DNA from: an uncultured Candidatus Saccharibacteria bacterium
GTDB lineage: Bacteria; Patescibacteriota; Minisyncoccia; Minisyncoccales; UBA1441
Assembly: GCA_964522615.1 (NCBI GenBank)
Contig: CAZFWR010000001.1
Coordinates: 1 to 44,905, forward strand
Length of the DNA: 44,905 bases
Direction of reading: 5' to 3'
The notes under the pieces are model-generated. The model was given only the letters and a program-made list of their open reading frames with translations. It was not told where the DNA came from and did not search any database. Each line of letters starts with the position of its first letter. The stretch's first letter is position 1. Both the position numbers and the translations under genes were made by a program. Shown one piece after another: positions 24,732-32,057 of this stretch.

Positions 24732-25739
24732 TCAAGTATTACTTTCCAAGCTTCGGCGGTAGAAATCCAAATGTTCTAAAACGACCCCGCCGCCTTTAAT
24801 CACTGAAAGAAGAGGTTCTTCCGCTACAAAACAAGGAACCTGCACCTCTTTGGTAATCAGCTGGTCTAAGTTTTCCAGTAAACCCCCTCCCCCGCTAAGA
24901 ATAATTCCTTTATTCATAATATCAGCTGACAATTCTGCTGGGGTTTGCCTTAAAACATCCTTCACTGACTGAATAATTTCTTCCAAAACATCCTTTATCG
25001 CTTCTTGAATCTCATTAGAAGAAATTTTAATATTGCGAGGAAGCCCGGAAAGAAAATCCCGCCCCTTCACTTCCAGGTGCTTTTCTTCTTTCGAGGGAAG
25101 AGCCGTCCCAATTTTCTTTTTAGCTTCTTCAACGCTTTGAAGCCCCAGAGCTAAATTGTACTTATTCTTAATGTAATAAATAATCGCTTCGTCCATGCGA
25201 TCCCCTCCCACCCGAACCGAACTCGAGGAAACAATACCTCCAAGGGAAATAACGGCCACCTCAGAAGTTCCCCCGCCAATATCAATCACCATATGCCCGG
25301 AACAGGATTCAATTGGAATCCCGGCTCCGATAGCCGCTAAAATTGGTTCTTTCGCTAAATAAACTCTCTTCGCCCCTACGCTTAAGCCTGCTTTAACCAC
25401 CGCCCTCCTTTCGGCAGAAGTAATGTCAGCCGGAACAGAAATAACTAACTCTGGCTTAAAGAAATGAAATTTCCCCAAGGCTGACTTAATAAAATGATAG
25501 AGCATTGCTTGAGTAACTCGATAGTCGGCAATCACTCCCTCTTGCAGGGGACGGTAAACCCGGATTGTTTCCGGTGTTCGCCCAATCATCTGGCGGGCGC
25601 TTTCTCCTACTGCTAAAACCTTATTATCCTGGGCAGAAACAGCCACCACCGATGGCTCATTAAGGATAATTTGCTTCTTAGGCACCCAAACTAAAGAATT
25701 AGCGGTTCCTAAGTCAATGGCGATTCTTTTCATCAACAT
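24732..25739 (-). CDS. mreB: Second MreB paralogue
   Basis: 335 aa. IDLGTANSLVWV, VIDIGGGTSEVAVISLGG and LSGGGGLLENLD motifs. Confidence 0.9.
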   Translation of the reverse strand: MLMKRIAIDLGTANSLVWVPKKQIILNEPSVVAVSAQDNKVLAVGESARQMIGRTPETIRVYRPLQEGVIADYRVTQAMLYHFIKSALGKFHFFKPELVISVPADITSAERRAVVKAGLSVGAKRVYLAKEPILAAIGAGIPIESCSGHMVIDIGGGTSEVAVISLGGIVSSSSVRVGGDRMDEAIIYYIKNKYNLALGLQSVEEAKKKIGTALPSKEEKHLEVKGRDFLSGLPRNIKISSNEIQEAIKDVLEEIIQSVKDVLRQTPAELSADIMNKGIILSGGGGLLENLDQLITKEVQVPCFVAEEPLLSVIKGGGVVLEHLDFYRRSLESNT

Positions 25740-25743
25740 TGAA

Positions 25744-27009
25744 TTACAATTTAGTTCTCTTAATGTCTGCCCCTAAACTGCTTAATCTTTCTTCAATCTT
25801 TTCATAGCCGCGGTCAATCTGGCCAATATTGTCAATAATTGTTGTCCCAGAAGCTATGAGCCCAGCTAAAATCAAAGAAGCTCCGGCCCGAATATCACTG
25901 GATTCAATCCTCGCTCCTTGAAGGGAAGAAGGGCCAAAAACAAAAGCCCGATGAGGGTCAACCATTTCAATATCGGCTCCCATTTTCCGCAATTCATCAA
26001 TATAGCGAAGACGGTTTTCATATAAGGGATCGTGAATTAAACTTTTCCCTTTTGCCCGGAGCAGTAAGGGGACAATAATCGGCAAGAGGTCGGTCGGAAA
26101 GCCGGGATAAGGTAGAGCCTGGAGCTTAACTTTTTTAATCTGCGGAGAATAGGAAACGCTTACTTCTTGCTCTTTGATTTTCAAATTTGCTCCCATCTCC
26201 TGCAATTTAGCTAAAAAAAGAGTTAGATGGTCGGGAATAATGCCTTCCACCACTACTTCTCCGGGAGTCAAAGCTCCAGCAGTAATAAGCGTCCCTGCTT
26301 CTAAAGGGTCAGGGATAAGGGAATGAGATACTCCTCGCAAGGACTCAACTCCCTCTACTCGAAAACTATGGCTTCCAATAATTTCGATCTTTGCTCCCAT
26401 TTTTTTCAGCAAGCCAACTAAGTCCTGGACTTGAGGCTCTAAAGCTGCTCCCTGGATAAGTACTTCTCCGGGAGAAAGAACCGCAGCCAAAAGTAAATTT
26501 TCCGTAGCCGTAACACTAAATTCTGAAAGGACGATCTTTGACGTTTTTGAAGCTTCTTTCGTAAAGTGATAAAAATCATTCTGGAAAGTAACTTTTGCTC
26601 CCAGTTCCTCCAAGGCTCGTAAGTGGATGGCAATAGGACGAAGGCCGATCCGGTCCCCGCCCGGTCGAATCATCTTAAAAGACTTTAATCTTGCCAATAA
26701 GGCGCCAATAAAAAGAACTGATATTCTTGTCTGGCGCGCCTGGTCGAAATCCATTTTCTCCGGATTCAGGCCAGTCGTTTGCAATTCAACCTCTCTTTCT
26801 CCTTTCCACTCAACTCTCACCCCTAGGCTTTTCAAAACCTCAAGGGTATTCAAAACATCTTTGATCAAAGGAAGATTGCTAATCCGACAAGGCTCATCAG
26901 TTAATAAAGAAGCAATCAAAATCGGCCCGGCCGCATTTTTTGCTCCTCGGACTGCCACTCTTCCCGCCAGAGGACGTTGCCCTTGAATCAAGAAAACTTC
27001 TTTTCCCAT
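25744..27009 (-). CDS. murA: UDP-N-acetylglucosamine 1-carboxyvinyltransferase
   Basis: 421 aa. VRGAKNAAGPILIASLL, RPIAIHL and the overall EPSP-synthase-fold pattern. Confidence 0.95.
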   Translation of the reverse strand: MGKEVFLIQGQRPLAGRVAVRGAKNAAGPILIASLLTDEPCRISNLPLIKDVLNTLEVLKSLGVRVEWKGEREVELQTTGLNPEKMDFDQARQTRISVLFIGALLARLKSFKMIRPGGDRIGLRPIAIHLRALEELGAKVTFQNDFYHFTKEASKTSKIVLSEFSVTATENLLLAAVLSPGEVLIQGAALEPQVQDLVGLLKKMGAKIEIIGSHSFRVEGVESLRGVSHSLIPDPLEAGTLITAGALTPGEVVVEGIIPDHLTLFLAKLQEMGANLKIKEQEVSVSYSPQIKKVKLQALPYPGFPTDLLPIIVPLLLRAKGKSLIHDPLYENRLRYIDELRKMGADIEMVDPHRAFVFGPSSLQGARIESSDIRAGASLILAGLIASGTTIIDNIGQIDRGYEKIEERLSSLGADIKRTKL

Positions 27010-27070
27010 ATTCTGATAATAAACTAAAACTAGCCCTTTCGCAAGGTTAAAATCTTAACTAAAGGAATCT

Positions 27071-27775
27071 CTATTTATTCTCTGCCCGGAGGTTTTTCTC
27101 ATAAGCTTTGATTCTTTCTTTAAACTTATCCCAGTAAACCGGTTCGGATTCAATCATAGAGCAAATATCTTTATAGGGGCAGTAACGGCATTGAGGATTG
27201 CTCGGCCAGTACGGGAGTCGAGCGGGAATCAAATTCTGATCAATCTCTTGGCGGAGAACAGACAAATCTTCCAAGAGAGATTGGCAAAGCCCCTGGTCAT
27301 AATCAAGGGAATATTCCTTTAGCGCTTGAGTGTCCTTATTAACATAAAGCAGGATTCCTTTAACAATTTGGAAAAAATGAAGATAAAGCTGGAGCTGGTT
27401 CTGGTGGTCTGGCTTCGGCTCTTTCAGAACCTGGAAACCGTTCCGATTGATACTCTTGATATCTAAAATATAGTGCTCTCCCTTGATTGCCAAAAGAGCA
27501 TCTGCTCGACCGGAAATCATCTCTTGAGAAGGAATGTTGACCTCTTCCCCTTCTAGAACTCCTCTTTCCTTTAAAGCTTTAAGGATCAAACGGTGAATAT
27601 AATTACCGTGGTCAAATAAACGAAGAATCCTTGGTTCCAATTCCGGATGGGGAGCTTGTTTAAATTTAAAAAAGATAAACCGATGGCATTTTCCGGCATC
27701 AGTAACATAAAAACGAGTTTGCTTCCGAGAATGTTCCTGTTCTCGATAAAACTGATCAATAATTTCTTTTAGCAT
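27071..27775 (-). CDS. Cas4-like PD-(D/E)XK nuclease with 4-Cys (Fe-S) cluster motif
   Basis: 234 aa. N-terminal Cys (DAGKCHR). RecB motifs GRADAL, ILDIKS (D-x-K) and QLQLY (QxxxY). C-terminal CRYCPYKDIC (C-x2-C-x5-C). No cas1/cas2 or array nearby. Confidence 0.7.
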   Translation of the reverse strand: MLKEIIDQFYREQEHSRKQTRFYVTDAGKCHRFIFFKFKQAPHPELEPRILRLFDHGNYIHRLILKALKERGVLEGEEVNIPSQEMISGRADALLAIKGEHYILDIKSINRNGFQVLKEPKPDHQNQLQLYLHFFQIVKGILLYVNKDTQALKEYSLDYDQGLCQSLLEDLSVLRQEIDQNLIPARLPYWPSNPQCRYCPYKDICSMIESEPVYWDKFKERIKAYEKNLRAENK

Positions 27776-27845
27776 AAGATGAAATCAGATTAACACAAAA
27801 TGTGATTTATTCATAGTTTTTGTTATTTCTTCGCTTCTCGAACCA

Positions 27846-27873
27846 TTGACAAATAGCTAATATCAGTTATGAT
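27846..27873 (+). promoter_or_regulatory. Near-consensus promoter TTGACA-16-TATGAT for the small membrane-peptide pair
   Basis: TTGACA at 27846-27851, a 16-nt spacer, TATGAT at 27868-27873. About 36 nt upstream of the ATG at 27910. Confidence 0.5.
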
Positions 27874-27909
27874 TTAGGCGTTCGTTCATTATATAAGGGA
27901 GGTTCCAAA

Positions 27910-28056
27910 ATGGAAAACCGGGAAAAGCAGATGAAAGAATTGGATAAAATCGATAACTCGATAAAGAGACGATTTTCGGTTTTACTACTCGTGCTCATAG
28001 CGGCAGGATTCGTCGCCATAATAGCCGGAGTAGTTACCACTGTTTTCCATCCGTAA
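27910..28056 (+). CDS. 48-aa tail-anchored membrane peptide
   Basis: Below the ORF-track cutoff. MENREKQMKELDKIDNSIKRRFSVLLLVLIAAGFVAIIAGVVTTVFHP. SD AGGGAGG 7 nt upstream of the ATG. The 20-nt initiation region GGAGGTTCCAAAATGGAAA is identical to that of the next gene. Confidence 0.55.
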   Translation: MENREKQMKELDKIDNSIKRRFSVLLLVLIAAGFVAIIAGVVTTVFHP

Positions 28057-28071
28057 GAAGGAGGTTCCAAA

Positions 28072-28302
28072 ATGGAAAGTCAAGCAGAAAAAGAAGAAGG
28101 AAAGCAACTAGAAGAATTGGAGAAGAAGATAAGAACAATAAGGAGACAACTTGGGGGTATCAAGTGCACAGGGTCAGGAATAATAGTGCTCGCAATAGGG
28201 CTAGTAGTCCGCCCCCAGTCGCAGGTTGCTTTTCGAAGTCTCTTTGGCTTGGCGGTGGCATGTGCTCTTGTCGCCGGCATATTCCTGTGGCACTACCGAT
28301 GA
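28072..28302 (+). CDS. 76-aa membrane peptide (charged helical N-terminus plus 2 TM), paralogue-like neighbour of the 48-aa peptide
   Basis: MESQAEKEEGKQLEELEKKIRTIRRQLGGIKCTGSGIIVLAIGLVV...SLFGLAVACALVAGIFLWHYR. SD AAGGAGG 7 nt upstream of the ATG. Confidence 0.6.
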   Translation: MESQAEKEEGKQLEELEKKIRTIRRQLGGIKCTGSGIIVLAIGLVVRPQSQVAFRSLFGLAVACALVAGIFLWHYR

Positions 28303-28336
28303 AGACTTCCTCTCTCCGCTCATTAGCAGAAACTAG

Positions 28337-28369
28337 AAGAGGTCCCGAGTATCAAACTTGGAGCCTCTT
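28337..28369. terminator. Imperfect hairpin between the convergent membrane-peptide pair and rpsI
   Basis: AAGAGG-TCC...GGA-g-CCTCTT (9 bp with a 1-nt bulge and 14-nt loop), followed by TCTC on the plus strand. Confidence 0.3.
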
Positions 28370-28394
28370 TCTCAATAATATAATTAGAAATACT

Positions 28395-28802
28395 TTATCT
28401 TTTCTTCCATTGGGCCGCCCGCCGAGCTCGTTTCAGCCCATATTTCTTTCTTTCTCTCATCCGCGGATCTCGGCTGAGATAACTGGCTGATTTAAGCTGG
28501 GCTCTTAACTCTGGATCAAATTTTATCAAAGCCCGGCTAATACCGAGACGAATCGCTTCCGCTTGCGACCGAAAACCCCCACCCTGAACTAAAATTGTTC
28601 CCTCAAATTGATTCTCCATTCCCAGCTCTTTAAAAGGAGCAAGAACAATTTCCCGAAGAATCAACTGGGTAAAATATTCCTGCCAATCTTTTCCATTAAC
28701 CTCAATAACACCCTTTTTCCCGGAATAAAGCCTTACCCGAGCTCGAGCTGTTTTCCGACGCCCGATAGCCGCATAGTATTTTTTTCCTTTGGCCGCTTTC
28801 AT
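28395..28802 (-). CDS. rpsI: 30S ribosomal protein S9
   Basis: GGGFRSQAEAIRLGISRAL...RDPRMRERKKYGLKRARRAAQWKKR. Confidence 0.95.
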   Translation of the reverse strand: MKAAKGKKYYAAIGRRKTARARVRLYSGKKGVIEVNGKDWQEYFTQLILREIVLAPFKELGMENQFEGTILVQGGGFRSQAEAIRLGISRALIKFDPELRAQLKSASYLSRDPRMRERKKYGLKRARRAAQWKKR

Positions 28803-29152
28803 TATGATTCAAATTTCAATTTCTTAATTCGTTGGGCGCGAAGTTTATTCTTGGGCAGCATATTCCAAACCGCTTTTTTTAAAACCTCTTCCGGCTTTTT
28901 GTCCATCAGTTCTCCTAATCCTATGTGCTTTAACCCTCCGAGGTAGCCAGTATGATGATAATATATTTTCTGCTCTCTTTTCTTCCCGGTAATCTTCATC
29001 TGGCTAACGTTTTTTACCACCACCTCTTCTCCCTTATCTTGGTAGGGCAGATAATCTGTCCGGTGCTTTCCCTGAAGAATAACGGCTATTTGAGTAGCTA
29101 AACGTCCCAACGACTGATCCTGGGCATTAAAAGAATGAATCTTTTCTGTCAT
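28802..29152 (-). CDS. rplM: 50S ribosomal protein L13 (short)
   Basis: 116 aa. LGRLATQIAVILQGKH...YYHHTGYLGGLK typical of L13. Confidence 0.9.
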   Translation of the reverse strand: MTEKIHSFNAQDQSLGRLATQIAVILQGKHRTDYLPYQDKGEEVVVKNVSQMKITGKKREQKIYYHHTGYLGGLKHIGLGELMDKKPEEVLKKAVWNMLPKNKLRAQRIKKLKFES

Positions 29153-29490
29153 TTTACCAATTCAATAAAGGCCATTTCCGCCCCATCTGAAGACCGGGGG
29201 CCAAGTTTAATAATCCGCGTGCAACCTCCGGCTCTTTTCTCATAACGCGGCCGCAGTTCTTGCTGAAGCTTCTTCCTGACTGCTTCCGGAAGCACCCCCT
29301 GCAAAAACCGGAGGGAGGCTAAATTATCTTTCTTCGCTTTAGTAATCAGCCTTTCTGCTAAAGGAGCAACCTCTTTGGCCCGGGCTAAAGTAGTTTTAAT
29401 CCTCTCCTCTAAAAACAGGGAGGCCGCTAAATTTTCCCGGAAAGCCTTATTACGTCCTTTATGAGAAAAATGTCTTGCTTTCTTAGCCAT
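29149..29490 (-). CDS. rplQ: 50S ribosomal protein L17
   Basis: 113 aa. RHFSHKGRNKAFRENL...ERIKTTLARAKE...GGCTRI. Confidence 0.9.
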   Translation of the reverse strand: MAKKARHFSHKGRNKAFRENLAASLFLEERIKTTLARAKEVAPLAERLITKAKKDNLASLRFLQGVLPEAVRKKLQQELRPRYEKRAGGCTRIIKLGPRSSDGAEMAFIELVK

Positions 29491-29495
29491 TTTTT

Positions 29496-30476
29496 TTAAT
29501 CTTTTCTAAGCTGAAGATGAAACTTTTTCAATCCCTGCTCTATTTCCTTTACCCCCTTTTCCCCCAAACCTTCCAAAGCTAAAAGTTTTTCTCGACTCTT
29601 GGCAACCAACCCCGCTACTGTCTTGAAATGGCCGTCTAGAAGAACCTTTTTTAGCCTCGGAGACCAGTCTAGGTCCTCAATCTTGGAGTTTTTTCCTACC
29701 ACCAGTTTTTTCTTCTTCTGGGGTTTTCCCTTCTTCTGGAGTTTTTCTTTTTTCTGGGACTTTTCTTTTTTCTCCGAAACTATTTTTTCTTCCTCCTGGA
29801 GATAGTTTCCAAAAATAGCTAGATGCTCTTGCAAAATTGCTATCGCCTGGCTTAAAGCTTCACTAGGAGAAATAGTCCCGTCAGTAGCAATTCCCAAAAG
29901 CAAGCGGTCAAAGTCCGTTCGTTTGCCAACCCTCATCTTTTCTGCTTGGTAAAAAACTTTTTCTACTGGAGAAAAGAGACTGTCTATAAGAATTTCTCCG
30001 ATCGCCGCCTTCTCCTCTTCCCTTTGCTCCACTGATTGATAGCCAACTCCTTTTTCAATCCTTAATCTTCCAACCAGTTTTGCTTTCTGGCTCGTAAGAG
30101 TAGCTAATCTTTGTTCCGGATTGGTAATTTTTACTTGGGAAGGAAGAGAAAGATCTTTTCCGCAGGATTCTTTCTTTCCCTTAATTTCGAAATGCCCTTC
30201 CTGCGGCTCATCGCTAGTAACTTTAAATCTTAACTTTTTAAAATTAAGAATAATCTGGACAACGTCTTCTTGAATTCCCGGTATAGTAGAAAATTCATGA
30301 GGAACGCCTTCAATTTGCAAGCTAGTTACAGCGGCTCCTTCCAGGGAAGAAAGGAGAATTCTCCGCAGAGTATTCCCCAAAGTTGCCCCGTAACCGGGAT
30401 AAAGCCCTTCTATTTCGAAAGTGGCCTGATGACCTTCTTGAGAAATAATTTTAATGGATTGAGGTAAAGGTATCAT
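29496..30476 (-). CDS. rpoA: DNA-directed RNA polymerase alpha subunit with K-rich repeat linker
   Basis: NTD (GYGATLGNTLRRILLSS) and CTD HhH (IEDLDWSPRLKKVLLDGHFKTVAGL). The start is taken at MIPLPQ (30476), 4 nt after the rpsD stop; the ORF track extends to 30500. Confidence 0.9.
   Translation of the reverse strand: MIPLPQSIKIISQEGHQATFEIEGLYPGYGATLGNTLRRILLSSLEGAAVTSLQIEGVPHEFSTIPGIQEDVVQIILNFKKLRFKVTSDEPQEGHFEIKGKKESCGKDLSLPSQVKITNPEQRLATLTSQKAKLVGRLRIEKGVGYQSVEQREEEKAAIGEILIDSLFSPVEKVFYQAEKMRVGKRTDFDRLLLGIATDGTISPSEALSQAIAILQEHLAIFGNYLQEEEKIVSEKKEKSQKKEKLQKKGKPQKKKKLVVGKNSKIEDLDWSPRLKKVLLDGHFKTVAGLVAKSREKLLALEGLGEKGVKEIEQGLKKFHLQLRKD
29716..29769. repeat. 3 x 18-bp in-frame tandem repeat in the rpoA NTD-CTD linker (KSQKKE KLQKKG KPQKKK)
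   Basis: TTCTGG anchors at 29716, 29734 and 29752 (exact 18-nt period). Confidence 0.8.
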
Positions 30477-30480
30477 AATA

Positions 30481-31104
30481 TCAACGAGAATAAAATTCAA
30501 AAATAGTAAGAATATTAGCCGGGGGATTAACTTCTTCTAAAGTTGGCCAACGTAAAATCCCTCCTTCTAACCCTTGGGGGTTAATCTCCAACCAAGTAGA
30601 ACCTTCCTTTTTCTTCAGCCTTTCCCCTACTTCTTGGAAAAGAGCCATTTTCTTGCTCTTTTCTCTCACCGCTATTTTAACCCCCGGTTTCAGCTGATAG
30701 GAAGGCCGGTCAACTTTTTTTCCATTAACCAAGAAATGCCCGTGGCTGACCAATTGTCTCGCCCGTCCCCGAGAATCAGCCAACCCCAGCCGGTAAACAA
30801 TATTATCCAGCCGACCTTCTAATTCCTGGATGAGAAACTGGTCTCGGTTTCCTTGGGAGGGACGCCTTAAAGCTTTATCAATATAACGGTGGAACTGTTT
30901 TTCTTTCAAGCCGTAAAAAAATCTCAGCTTTTGCTTTTCGGCTAACTGACGTCCGTATTCAGAAACCTTTCTTCTTCTTTTATCATTCCTTCTTGTATTA
31001 GAAGATTTTCGCGCCAATGGACACTTAGCCGTAAAACACTTATCTCCTTTCAAGAAGAGTTTTTGGTCAAAGCGCCGACAAATTTTACACTGGTTATTTC
31101 TCAT
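30481..31104 (-). CDS. rpsD: 30S ribosomal protein S4 (zinc-finger form)
   Basis: 207 aa. CKICRR...CFTAKCP; YGLKEKQ; S4 RNA-binding domain RLDNIVYRLGLADSRGRARQLVSHGHFLVNGKKV. Confidence 0.95.
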   Translation of the reverse strand: MRNNQCKICRRFDQKLFLKGDKCFTAKCPLARKSSNTRRNDKRRRKVSEYGRQLAEKQKLRFFYGLKEKQFHRYIDKALRRPSQGNRDQFLIQELEGRLDNIVYRLGLADSRGRARQLVSHGHFLVNGKKVDRPSYQLKPGVKIAVREKSKKMALFQEVGERLKKKEGSTWLEINPQGLEGGILRWPTLEEVNPPANILTIFEFYSR

Positions 31105-31108
31105 ACTA

Positions 31109-31204
31109 ATTGCTATTAAGAGGCTTTCTTAAGACTCATAATCGCTATTAAGAGGCTTTCTTAAGACTCATAATCGCTATTAAGAGGCTTTCCTAAGACT
31201 CATA
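31109..31204. repeat. 3 x 32-bp tandem repeat filling the rpsK-rpsD junction; each unit is a 7-codon mini-ORF
   Basis: Units at 31109-31140, 31141-31172 and 31173-31204, with one substitution each in units 1 and 3. Minus-strand unit: TATGAGTCTTAAGAAAGCCTCTTAATAGCGAT. Confidence 0.9.
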
Positions 31205-31208
31205 ATTT

Positions 31209-31661
31209 TTAGACCCTTCTTGGCCGAGGAGGCCGAACCCCACCATGAGGAAAAGGAGTTCTATCTTTAATACTATCCATTTCTACTCCCCGAGCCCCTA
31301 AAGACCTGACAGCCGATTCTCGCCCCTTGCCCATTCCCTTGATGATAACTTCAACTCTGCTAATCTTCAGATTTTGGATAACATCCGCTATCGCTTCCGC
31401 TACCTTAGAAGCGGCATAAGAAGTCGCTTTTTTCGTTCCTTTAAAACCGATGTTCCCGGCAGTCTTCATTGCCAAAACATTGCCTTGGGAATCACAAAGG
31501 GAAATCCGGGTATTATTATAAGAAGAGTTAATATAGATAACCGCTTTTTCTATTCCCGCCTTAAACTTAACCGTCTGGCTCTTACCCATTGCCTTCTCCA
31601 CTTCCCGCCCTTCTTTCAGAACTTCTTCCGTTGTTTTTTTAATTACTTTTTTCTTCCCCAT
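31209..31661 (-). CDS. rpsK: 30S ribosomal protein S11
   Basis: IYINSSYNNTRISLCDSQGNVL...GFKGTKKATSYAA...RPPRPRRV. The start is taken at MGKKKV, 4 nt after the rpsM stop; the ORF track extends to 31718. Confidence 0.9.
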   Translation of the reverse strand: MGKKKVIKKTTEEVLKEGREVEKAMGKSQTVKFKAGIEKAVIYINSSYNNTRISLCDSQGNVLAMKTAGNIGFKGTKKATSYAASKVAEAIADVIQNLKISRVEVIIKGMGKGRESAVRSLGARGVEMDSIKDRTPFPHGGVRPPRPRRV

Positions 31662-31665
31662 GAAA

Positions 31666-32055
31666 TTATTTCGCCGTGGGCGCCTTCCGGCGGCCAGAAC
31701 CAGCCGTTCGCCGAACATTTCCCCTAACGGTCCGGCTATTGCTTTTTGTCCTCTGCCCCCGCACCGGTAAGTTGCTTTTATGACGCTGCCCCCGCCAGCA
31801 ATTAATCAGTTTCAAACGTTTAATATTAGCTAGCACCTCCTGCCTCAATCTGCCCTCTACTTTGTATTCCTTCTTGATAATTTCCTGAATTTTCTTTACT
31901 TCTTCAGCAGATAAATCTTTCATTCTCTTCGCCAAATTAATTTTGGCCTTAGCTAAAATATCCCGGCTTGAAACTCGTCCGATCCCAAAAACAGCAGTTA
32001 GTCCAATTTCGACTTTTTTATTATCGGGAATAGCTATCCCGCTTATCCTAGCCAT
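31666..32055 (-). CDS. rpsM: 30S ribosomal protein S13
   Basis: MARISGIAIPDNKKVEIGLTAVFGIG... Confidence 0.95.
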   Translation of the reverse strand: MARISGIAIPDNKKVEIGLTAVFGIGRVSSRDILAKAKINLAKRMKDLSAEEVKKIQEIIKKEYKVEGRLRQEVLANIKRLKLINCWRGQRHKSNLPVRGQRTKSNSRTVRGNVRRTAGSGRRKAPTAK

Positions 32056-32057
32056 AA

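Noticed and set aside
27867-28490. ORF-track entries 27867..28070 (-), 28080..28280 (-) and 28164..28490 (+).
   Set aside because: The first two are antisense to the two SD-equipped plus-strand membrane-peptide genes, and the third is out of frame with the second of them. They lack start signals, and their products are Ser/Pro/Thr-rich nonsense.
31109-31204. Possibility that the tandem repeats at 31109-31204, 39706-39769, 7658-7775 and 3986-4045 are CRISPR arrays.
   Set aside because: The units abut directly with no unique spacers, there are only 2-3 copies, no cas genes are present, and the unit sizes and AT-rich content are not CRISPR-like.
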